Below are positions 45,979 through 57,700 of a stretch of 64,000 nt of DNA, piece by piece. The translations under genes and the position numbers were made by a program. Numbering within the stretch: the stretch's first letter is position 1; every line of letters starts with the position of its first letter. The notes beneath the pieces were generated by a model that searched no databases, was not told the origin of the DNA, and worked only from the letters and a program-made list of their open reading frames with translations. The stretch lies in assembly GCF_009914755.1 (NCBI RefSeq), contig NC_060945.1. One strand, written 5' to 3'. Source of the DNA: the human T2T-CHM13v2.0 reference genome, Homo sapiens.

Positions 45979-47433
45979 TGTCAGTTCAGGGGATAGAGGA
46001 CACTGACTCTGAGCCCTGTTGACCCAAGCAGGCTCCCGTTGTGGTGGGTTGTGTCACCCCACAATGTCACTCTTCCTGAGTACCCATGGCCTCTGTGTTA
46101 TGGAGAAGTTAGAGACACACAGCAGTGTCTGTGAGTAGCTCTGCGTGAAGGACCTTTTTCTAGATGACAGACACATCTCAACACAGCTCACTGATCAGAC
46201 TCAGGTGAGTGGGACCTGCTCTCCTCTCTTCCTCCTGGCTTGGGGACAGTCACTATGAGGTGGGTGGTTTTGGCCTCTGGGCAGCTACTGAGGGTAATCC
46301 CTGAACACTCACCGGGTGCCTCTTCTGTGCTGAGAGTCGTCTCATTCATCCTCATAGCAATTCCATTCTGCATTTTTCTCATCACCCCCATGACCACCCA
46401 GGACAACCCCATCAGGGCCCTGTCACCAGGCCCAGTCCAGCTCCATGATAACCAAGACACAGGTCCAGAGACAACCGTCCTGCATCGTGCCTGCATCTGA
46501 TCCCCCTTGGTGGGTAGTGACCAGCACAACATGGAAGAAGCCAGGGCAGCATGCAGCTCTGCAGCCCCAGATGGCTCCTGGGCCTTGGGAAGTCATTCTT
46601 AAAGGGGAAGCTGGTCATTTTGAGGTCCCTGAAGGGAAGGATGAATGTGCATCCCAACAGCCCTGGAAGCCAGCAGCCAGCGGCATGCCATACATCTTCT
46701 CACCCAACGTGTGTGACAGAGGCCCCCTCCTGGGGCACAAGCCCCATACCTAAAGCATCCTGTCCCAGTCGGACCTCATCTTGAGCCCTGGGAGGGGAGG
46801 GACACCATGGGCCCCCCTGCAGCAGCCAGGATTACCACCCAGGGGACTCGGCCTTCTGTGGCCCTGGCCAGACTTAGAATTTGGCCCAAGATAAGCTTAC
46901 TCAGAGCAACTTCTCAGTACCTGGGGCCTGTGCATGCCAGGCAAGGACAGGCTGGCTCAAAGAGCAACCAGCTACCTCTGCAAGGGTGTGCCAGGAGCAG
47001 GTGGAGCAGTCACCAACCTCACCCAATCAAGGAAACAGGGATGGCCAGGTTCCCACAGTCTGAGTGACCATCACCTGACAGCTGATGGAGTGGAGGCCTG
47101 AGGAAAAGCAGATGGAACTGGGGCTCTACCTCAAGGGCAGAGTAACTGATTTATCCTGACTGGCAGGGAGTGACGTTGGTGGCTGGTCCATCAGCTCCTG
47201 GCACACCATTGCAGAGGTGGCTGGTTGCTCTTTGAGCCAGCTTGGCTTTGCCTGGGATGCATAGGAGTCAGTGCAACAAATGTGCTGCAAATGGAGCCAC
47301 ATAGAGGAAAGGAGCAGCAGGCTCAGGAGCGGGGTGTGTGCCACCTTTGGGGCTCCAGTCCAAGCATCGGGGCTTCTACAGCACTGTGGGCTTCTCGGGT
47401 GCCAAGAGGCAGACCACAGGACATCTTGAGGAG

Positions 47434-47582
47434 GACTCTGGTAAGAGCTTCCTTGGGTATGTGGATGATGTCCAGAATGTTGGCCTGGTGTCCCTGAGAC
47501 AGCACTAACAGGTCCATGACTGGGTCCAGGTCCTGCCTGGGCTGATGGGCAAAGAGCTCACTGACAGTGTGGAAGCATCTAT
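47434..47582 (-). pseudogene. Inverted duplicate of the SNX18P BAR segment
   Basis: Reverse complement of 47999-48148 ([26 protein letters not shown]). Confidence 0.92.
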
Positions 47583-48720
47583 TTTGAAGTAGGATCTATG
47601 TTCAAGTGCAGAAAGAGCCCAATCTTGTAGATGAACCACACAGCCAGCTTCTGGGTGCAGGCACAGTGCCACATTTTTTGTCACTTCCTGATGTGCCCCA
47701 CCAGCACTGAAGAGATAGCCTGGAGACAGGGCAAGAGGAAGGCTGAGAAGGATGAGATGGTGAGTGCCAGATTCTTCCTGGCCCTGAGCTCACCCCCAGG
47801 GTGACGCTCAACTTTTAGGAGTGAGAGAGGAAGATTGATGGCTTCAAGTGCTTCACCAAGAAGATGGACAACAGGGCACTCAGCTCAACTTCACAGCCAA
47901 TGAGTGGCGACAGGCTTTGAGAAAGAGAATCAGAAGCCTGACAGTTCTTCTTCAGCCTCAGCCAGGCCTTGAAGCTGGACCAGGCCATCCACATCAGTAT
48001 AGATGCCTTCCACTCTGTCAGTGAGCTCTTTGCCAGTCAGTCCAGGCAGGACCTGGACCCAGCCATGGACCTGTTAGTGCTGTCTCAGGGACACCAGACC
48101 AACATCCTGGACATCATCCACATACACAAGGAAGCTCTTACCAAAGTCACGGAGAACAGGCAACATGTGGCAGAAGGGAAGACAGAGGTGCAGAGGCTGA
48201 TGACGTCAGAATCACAGGAACAGGATTTCTTTGGCCACTTTGGCTGAAATTCACCACTTCCATCCAATTCCAGTGAGAGACATGGACTCACAGATGGAGC
48301 ATTTCTTGCAACAAGAGATACTACTTTTTCAAAAAGTCACCCAGGAATTGATAGTGTTGAATGACTCGATACTCGATCGTGGATGGTTTCCAGTTCAAGG
48401 ATACTTTCTACAGCAGAATAATAATACTAGCAAACAGCTAGTACAAGGACGGTTTTGTGCTCAACTGAAATCCAGCTGAATACAGAATTGTACAGGAAAC
48501 AGTTAATATGGTGATAGAATAGAAACAGTAGCAAACGTGAACTAAATCATACTATGAATGCCTAAACTACTGCTGTAACTTTTGGAAAAATGATAATACC
48601 ACTTTATTGCTTTTCGAAGTATGAATATTTTAGTGTATATGCTCTAGACCTCAAACTCTATAAAGAGTCTCAAAGAAGTTGGCTGGATAAAGCCTGCTGT
48701 GGATGTCTTTATATTCAAAG
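47583..48720 (+). pseudogene. SNX18P: SNX18 processed pseudogene (end of PX domain, BAR domain, probable 3' UTR), 5'-truncated
   Basis: Reads [85 protein letters not shown]; intronless, with frameshifts and stops; coding homology ends ~48364. Confidence 0.9.
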
Positions 48721-48726
48721 ATTGAT

Positions 48727-51700
48727 GATGCAATTTGAATATGTGTCCCCACCAAATCTCATGTTGAATTATATTTCCTAATGTGGAAGTTGGATCCTGG
48801 TATAAGGTGATTGAATTATGAAGGCAAATTTCTCATGAATGGTTCAGCACCATCCCCTTGTACCATCCTTACAATAATGAGTGACTTCTCATGAGATGTG
48901 GTCACTGAAAACTCTATATCACCTCCCTACTCTCCGTGTTTTCCCCTTGCCATGTGAGACAATTGATTCTTTCTTTGCCTTCCATGATTATTGAAAGATT
49001 TCTGAGGCCTAGAAGCAGAAGCACTCTGCTTAGAACCATGAGCCAATTAAACCTCTTTTTCAAAATAAATCATACAGAAAATGGTAAATGAGGACTGGAG
49101 CATTGCTATAAAGATACCTGGAAATGTGCAACCAGCTTTGGAACCAGGTAATGGAAGGAGGTTGGAAGAGTTTGGAGGGCTCAAAAGAAGACAGATAGAT
49201 GAGAAAACTTTTGGACCATCTTAGAGTCTGGTTCAATGGTTGTGACAAAAATCCTGACAGAAAAATGGACAGTGAAGGCCAGGCTGAGGAGGTCTCAGAG
49301 AGAAATAAGAAGCTTTCTGGAAAATGTCTTCCTTTTGGATATGGAAAGCTTACACAATGCCTGTACCATCATTGTACCTTAGAAGCAGTGGCCTTGCTTT
49401 TTATTTCAGAGACTCATAGGCAAAAGAGACTGTAGCCTTGACCCAGAGGAAACTTTGGACTTTGTAACTTTGAGTTAATCCTGAAATGAGTTAAGACTTT
49501 GGGAGACTGCTGGCAAGGCATGATTATATTTTGCAATGTGAGAAGGACATGAGATTCATGGGGTCAAGGACAAAATATACGGTTTTTCTCTATGTCCTTA
49601 CCAAAACTCACGTGGAATTATATTTTGTAATGTTAGAGGCAAGGTCTAGGTTGAAAAAGATTTAGTCATAAAATGGTGCAGGTAGATACTTCACGAATGA
49701 TAAAGGACCATCACCTTGATGCTATCCTCCTGATAATGAGTGAGTTCTCACGAGATCTGGTTGTTTAACAGATCTCATCCTCCTGCTCCTGCTTTAGGAG
49801 ACATCTCATTGTCCCTTGGCTTTCTGATATAATGAGGAGGCTTCCTGATTCCTCCCAGAAACAGAAGACACTATACTTCCTTCACAGCTTGCAGAACCAT
49901 GAGTCAATTACACCTCTTTTATTTACAATAATACAGAAAATTAGAACTGCAGAGAGGAGCTGTGAAATGTCTTCAAGGCCTTTTTCCCTTTGTTTTGGCT
50001 ATTAGCACAGGGCTTCTTTATATGCAAATTTCTGAAATCTTCTTGAATGTTTCCCCTTAAATGGGATTTTTGTTATTGCTACACAGCCAACCTGCTATAC
50101 AGATTTCTGAAAAAGTAGAAGGAGGCTCAGTAGTGGGTAGCAAACAAAGATTGGAAGGGTTTGGAGGGATTAGATTATGACAGGGAGTGGGAGGGAGTGA
50201 TTTAATCATGCATGGGTGGGGGTGGATGTGGAAGGGAAAAAGGGGTGGGTAGGGTGGGAGGGAGTAGACTGGCTGTACGGTGGTGGGAGGGTGGTGGGTA
50301 GTAGGAAGGGAGAGTATCCTGCTGCAGAGGCAGAGTATCATGGAAAATCCCTCCTAGGGAAGTGCACCTGTGGCTTTGCAGGTTTGAGCCCCAATGGCTG
50401 CTCTCAAGGACTGGACTAGTGTTGAGTGCCTGTAGCTTTTCCACACGGAGGGTGCAAGCTGTTGGTGGGTCTATGAATCTGGGGTCTGGAGGGTGGTGGC
50501 CCCCTGCGTGGGGGCTCCAAGTCCATATTTTCCTTCTGCACTGCCCTAGTAGAGGTTTCCCAAGAATGATTCATCTGCAGCAGGCTTCAGCCTGGAAACA
50601 GTGGGAGGTGGGGGTGGGAGGCAGATCCTTCACCAATGGTTAGGCAACATCTTCTTGATGCTGTCCTCATGAAAGTGTGTTCTCATGAGATCTGGTTATA
50701 TAACAGGGTGTGGCACCTCTTTCCTCTCTCAGTCTTGCTTCCACCTCTGCCATTTGAATCATCTCATTGCCCCTTGGCCTTCTGGTATGATTGGAAGGCT
50801 TCCTGATCTGATCCTCCCAGAAGCAGAAGCCACTGTGTTTCCTTTACAGCCTGCTGAACCATGAACCAATTAAACCTCTTTTCTCTATGATCATACAGAA
50901 GATTAGTACTATGAAGTGGAGCCATGAAATGCCTTCCAGGCCCTTTCCCCTTTGTCTTGGCAACCAACACTCAGCTTCTTTTCATGCAAATATCTGAATC
51001 CTTCATGAATTATCCCCCTGAAAATGGACTTTTCTGTTTTACCACATTGCCAGGCTGTGATAAAGATAGCTGACAATGTAGAACCAGGTTCAGAAGTGGG
51101 TAAAAGACAGAGGTCAGAAGAGTTGGGAAAGCTTAGAAGACAGCAAGATGAGGAAAATATTGGACCACTATAGAGAATTGTTAAATACTTGTGATAGGAA
51201 GGCTGACAAAAGTGTAAACACTGAAGTCCAGAACTAAAAGGTCTCAGATGAAAATGAGGAATTTCCTATGAACAGGAGCCAAGATTACATTTGATTGGCC
51301 TTAGCAAAGAAGCTGGCTGCACGGGGACCCTGCCCTGGAGATCTGTGAAACTATGAACTTGGGGGTGATGATTTAGGATGTATCTGGTGAAATGAACATC
51401 TAGGCAGCATAGCACAAGAGGTGTCCTGCCTGCATTGAACAGCCTGTGTTCTTATGGGTGACCTAAGAAGTGACTTCAAGTTGGAACTTCAAGTGGAGAT
51501 CTAAAGTTTGGAAAATTTGGAGCCTGGCTAAGTGGTCAAAAAGAAAAGCCGATTTTGAGGGGGAAAATTCAAGAAGGCTTAAGGTATTTGTATAAAAAGG
51601 AACCCAGTGCATAAAGCCAAGATAGTGGGAAACCGGCCATGAAAGCATTTTAGAGATGTCTGCAGCAGCCCTTGCTGTCACAGGCCCTGGGGCCTAGGAG

Positions 51701-54700
51701 AAAAGAATGGTTTCCTAGGCCAGTCCCATGGCCCTGCTGCTGTGCTCAACTGCAGGACACTGCTGCCGGCATCCGTGCAGCTCCAGCACCAGCCATGGCT
51801 GAAAGATGCACAGGTACAGCTTGGGTCATTGCTTCAGAGGTGGCTCAAAGTCTTGATGGTTTCCATATAGTGTTAAGCCAGTAGGTGCACAGAGAAAGAG
51901 ATTAGAGGCTTGAGAACTCCCGTCTAGACTCCAGAAGATGTACAGAAAATCCTGGATGTTCAGGAAGAAGCTTTTCCGAGAGGCAGAGCTTCATGGGGAA
52001 CCTCTACTAGGGGAGCAAAGAAGGGACCTATAGGGTTGAAGCCCCCACACAGGAAGGCATCATTCTCTAAACCCCAGATTCATAGACCCACAAACAGCTT
52101 GCACCCTCAGTGTGGAAAAGCTATGGGCACTTAACAACAGCCCTGTCCATGAGAGACAGCCGCAGAGGCTGAACGCTGCAAAGCCACAGGTGCAGATCTG
52201 CCCAAGGCCTTGGGAGCTCAGCCCTCACAGCACTGTGCCATGGATATGGGACAAGAATTCAAAAATGATGATTTTGGAGCTGTAGCATTAAGTGACTGGC
52301 CTGCTGGGTTTTGGACACTTATGTATCCTATGAGTCATCCATTGCCTGTACAATCATTGTACCTTGGAAGTAGTAAACTTGCTTTATAACTCAGTGGCTC
52401 ATGGGCAGAAGGGACTGTAGACTGGTCTCAGATAAGACTCTGGGCTTTGCGCATTTGAGTAAATGCTGGAATGAGTTAAGATTTGAGAGACTCTAGGGAA
52501 GGCATCATTACATTTTGCAATGTGAGAAAGACATGAACTTTGGGGGACCAGAGACAGAATAATATGTTTTGGCTCTCTGTCTCTACCAAAGCTCATGTGG
52601 AATGTTAATGCGAAATGTTAAAGGTGGGAGCTGGTGGAAGGTGATTTAATCATGGTGGAGAGTGGAGGTTGGATGGTTGGGGGCGCTAGGAGGGTGGGGA
52701 TGGTTGGAGGGAATTGGGGGTGGGGATGGTTGGAGGAGATTGTGGTGGGGTTGGGGATGAAAGGCAGGGGTGGGGGTGGATCCTTCACAAATGGTTAAAC
52801 ACCATCTCCTTAATGCTGTCCTTCTGATAGTGAGTTAACTTCATGATTTTGGAGCTGTGAGATTGAATGAACACTGACGTACTGGATTTTGGATGTCCAT
52901 TGGGCCTGTGGTCCCATTTGTCTTATTTTTCTTGGAAATTTCTTCCCTTTGGATTAAGAAAGTTTACCCAGTACCTGTACCATCATTGTACCTTGAAAGA
53001 AACAAACACCCTTTTAACTTCAGGGACTTATAGGTAGAAGAGACTGTAGCCTTGTCTCAGATGAGACTTAGAACTTTTTACATTTGAGTTAATGCAGGAA
53101 GGAGTTAAGCCTTTTGGAAACTTTTGAAAAGACATGATTGTATTTTATTCTGTGAAAAGGATATGAGATCTAGGGGGTCAAGGTCAGCATAATATGATTT
53201 GGCTGTGTGCCCCTGGAAAAACTCATGTGGAATTGTAATCCCAAATCTTGGAGGTGGGGCCTGGTGGGAGATTATTTAATCATGGATGGGAGGGGTAGGG
53301 GTGGAAGAAAAAAGCGGTGGGTAGGGTGGGGAAGAATAGGCTGGCTGTAGGGCGGTGGGAGGGTGATGGATAGTAGGAAGGGGGAGTAGCCTGCTGCAGA
53401 GGCAGAAGCTCATGGAAAACCTCTACCAGGGCAGTGCACCTGTGGCTTTGCAGGCTTTAGCCCCCATGGCTGCTCTCATGGGCTGGGCTAGTGTTGAGAG
53501 CCTATCACTTTTCCATACTGAGGGTGGGAACTGTTGGTAGGTCTATGAATCTGGGATCTCGAGGATGGTGGCCTCCTGCATAGTCAGTCAAAGCCCTTAT
53601 TTTCCTTCTGCACTGCCATAGTACAGGATTCCCAAGAGCCTCTGCCTCTGCAGCAGGCTTCTGTCTGGAACAGTAGGAGGTGGAGCTGTGTTGGTGGGTT
53701 GGATCCTTCACCAATGGTTAAGCACCATCTTCTTGATGCTGACCTAGTGATAGTGAGTTCTCATGAGATCTGGTTATATAACGGTGTGGCACCTCTTTCC
53801 TCTCTCAGCCTTGCTCCTACTCCTGCCGTATGAAACATTTCATTGTTGTTTTCCTACTGGTGTGATTGGGAGGCTTCCTGAGTCCTCCCAGAAGCAGAAG
53901 CAGAAGCCACTATGCTTTCTTTACAGCCTGCAGAACCATGAGCCAATTAAACCCCTTTTCATTATGATCATACAGAAAATAAAGTACTGCGAAGTGGAGC
54001 TATGAAATATCTTCAGTGACATTTCCCCATCGTCTTGGCTATTAGCACTGGACTTCTTTTTAATGCAAATATCTGAAGCCGTCTTGAAGTTTCCCCCTGA
54101 AAATGGACTTCTTTTTCTTATACGTTGTCAGGCTGCAACAAAGATAGCTGAAAATGTAAAGCAGATTCAGAAGTGGGTAACAGCCAGAGGTTGGAGAGTT
54201 TGGAGAGCTTGAAAGAAGACAGGAAGATGAAAGAAATTTTGGACCATCGTAGGCACTTGTTGAATAGTTGTGATTAAAAGTCTGGCAGAAGGATAGACAG
54301 TGAAGGCCAGGCTTACAAGGTCTCAGATGAAAATGAGGAAATTACTGGGAACAGGAGCCAAGGTTACTTTTGTTTTGCTGTAGCAAAGAACATGGCTGCA
54401 GGGCGACCTTGCCCTCGAGATCTGTGAAACTTTGAACTTGAGGGTGATGATTTAGTGCATATCTGGTGGAATTAACTTCTAGGCAGCATAGCATAAGGGG
54501 GATTCTGTCTGCATCAAACAGCCTGTGCTCTTGTGTGACTGAGGTTATGCGTGACCGAGGAAATGACCTCAAGTTGGAACTTATATTTAAATGACAAGCA
54601 GAGCTCAAAAGTTTAGAACCATTTGCAGCCTGGCCAAGTGGTCAAAAAGAAAAGCTGATTTTCAGGGGGAAAATTCATGAAGGTTCCAGAAATTTGCATA

Positions 54701-57700
54701 AAATGGAGGCCAGTGCTAATAGCCAAGACAATGGGGGAAAAAGCCTTGGAGGCATTTCAGAGATGGTTGCAGCAGCCCTTGGTGTCACAGACCCTGGGGC
54801 CTAGGAGAGAAGAATGGTTTCCGGGGCCAGCCCCATGGCCCTGCTGCTGTGTGCAGCCTCAGGATACTGCTGCCTGCATCCCAGCAGCCGCAGCTCCTGC
54901 TCCGACCTTGGCTGAAAGATGCACAGGTACAGATTGCATCACTGCTTCAGAGGGTACAAGCTATAAGGCTTCACGGCTTCCACATAGTCTTAAGCCAGCG
55001 AGTCCATAGAGCACTAGCCCAGAGGCTTCAGAGCCTTCATATAGATTTTGGAAGATGTATGAAAATGCCTGGATGTCCAGACAGAAAGCTGCCAAAAAAG
55101 CAGAGCCTCCTGGGAAACCTCTACTAGGGCAGTGCAGAAGGAAAATATGGGGTTGGAGCCTCCACACTGGAGGCCACCATCATGCAGACCCCAGATTCAT
55201 AGACCCACCAAGAGCTTTGTACCCTCTGTGGGTAAAAACTACAGGCACTCAACACCAGCAAAGCCCATGAGGGCAGCTGTGGGGACTGAAAACTGCAAAG
55301 ACACAGGTGCAGACCTGCCCAAGGCCTTGGGAGTCCAGCCCTCATGCCCTTGTGCCCTGGATGTGGGAGAAGGATTAAAAAAGGATGACTTTGGAGCTGT
55401 AGGTTTGAGTAACTGGCCTGCTGGGTTTTGGATTTTCCTGGGACCTGTAAGTCCCGTTTGTGTTTCGTTGTTCTCTCTGGCAAAAATCTTCCTTTAGGGT
55501 GGGAATTCTTACTCAATGCCTGGACAATCATACCTTGGAAGTAGTTAACTTGCTTTGTATTTCAGAGGCTCAGGAGCAGAAGGGACTGCATCTTTGTCTC
55601 AGATGAGACTTTGGGCTTCAGACATTTAAGTAAATGCTGGAATGAGTTAAGACCTTGGAGGTCTTAGCCAAGACGATGGGGAAAAGTCAATGAAGGCATT
55701 TTCATAGCTTCACTTCACAGTACTAATTTTCTGTATGATCATAACAAAAAGGGGTTTAATTGGCTGATGGTTCTGCAGGCTGTAAAAAAAAGCATAGTGG
55801 CTTGGGGAATGGTAAGTAAGGCATCACTGTATTTTGCAAAGTGAGAAGGACATGAGATTTGGGGAGGCAGGGACAGAATAAGATTCTGCTGTGTGTCCCT
55901 ATGGAAACTCATGTGGAATTGTAATGAGAAGTGTTAAAATTGGGGCCAGGTGGAAGATGATTTAATCATGGAGGGCACTGGGTGTTGGAAGGTGGAGATT
56001 GGGGAGGATGGGTGGATTACGCTGGTGGTGAGGGGTGAAAAGTGGGGGTGGGGGGGATCCCTCACAAATAGTTAAACACCATCTCCTTAATCCTTTCCTC
56101 ATGATGGTGATTCTCGTGATAGTTTTGGAGCTGTGAGATTTAATGGATACTGGCCTCCTGGGTTTTGGACTTGCATTGGCCCTGCGATCCCATTTGTGTT
56201 ATTTTCCTGGCAAACCTCTACCCTTTGGATTGAGAAAACTTACCCAATGCCTGTACCATCATTGTACCTTGAAAGAAAAGAACTCCCTTTTAAATTCCGG
56301 GACTTATAGGCAAAAGGGACTGCAGCCTTTTCTCAGGTGAGACGTGGAACTTTTTACATTCGAGTTAATGCTGAAATGACTAAAGACTTTTGGCAACTTT
56401 TGAAAAGGCATGATTGTATTTTACTCTGTGAGAAGGATATGATATTTGGGGGATCAGGGTCAGAATAATATGGTTTAGCTGTGTGTCCCTACCTAAACTC
56501 ACATGTAATTGTAATCCCGAATGTTGCAGGTGGAGCCTGGTGGGAAGTGATTTATTCATGGATGGGAGAGGGGTGGGGTTGGAAGTAAAAACAGATGGGT
56601 AAGGTGAGGAGGAGTAGGCTGGCTGTAGGGTGGGGTGTAGCAGGAAGGGAGTAGCCTGCCACAGAGGCAGAGGCTCATGGAAAACCTCTACTAAGGCAGT
56701 GCACCTGTGGCTTTGCAGGGTTTAACACCTGCTGCTGCCCTCATGGGCTGGGCTGGTGTTGAGTGCCTGTAGCTATTCCATACCGGGGGTGTGAGCTGTT
56801 GGTGGGTCTATGACTCTTGGGTCTGGAGGATGGTGGCGTGGGGGCTCCAAGCCCATATTTTCCTTCTGTACTGCCCTAGTAGAGGTTTTCCAAGGGGATC
56901 TGTCTCTGCCTCAGGCTTCTGCTTGGAAACAGTGGGTGGTGGATATGGGGAGGTGGGCGGATCCTTCGCCAATAGTTAAGCACAATCTTCTTGATGCTGA
57001 TCTCCTGATAGTGAGCTCTCATGAGATCTAGTTGTATAACAGGATGTCTCACCTCTTTCCTCTCTCTGTCTTGCTTCTACTCCTGCCATATGAAACATTT
57101 CATTGCCGCTTTGCCTTTTGGTATAATTGGGGGGCTTCCTGAGTCCTCCTACAAGCAGAAACCACTATGCTTTCTTTACAGCCTGAAGAACTGTGCGTCA
57201 ATTAGACCTCTTTTCTTTATGTAGATACAGAAAATTAATGCTGTGAAGTTATGAAATGACTTCTAGGCGTTTCCCCCATTCTCTTGGCTATTAGCATTGA
57301 GCTTTTTTCAATGCAAATATTGGAGGCCATCTTGATGTTTCCCCTGATAATGGACTTTTCTTCTTTTACCACATTGCCAGGCTGCAACAAAGATAGCTGA
57401 CAGTGTAGAAGCAGGTTCCAAATTGGGTAGTGGCCAGAGGTTAGAGAGTTTGGAGAGCTTGGAAGAAGACAGGAAGATGAGGGAAAGTTTGGACGATTGC
57501 AGAGACTTGTTAAATAGTTATGATTAAAAGGCTGACAGAGGATGGATACTGAAGGCCAGGCTTGTAAGGTCTCAGATGAAAATGAGGAACTTACTGGGAA
57601 AAGGAGCCAAGGTTTTTCTGTTTTGCCTTAGCAAAGTAATTGGCTACACAGTGACCCTTCCCGGGAGATCTGTGAAGCTGAACGTGAGGGTGATGATTTA

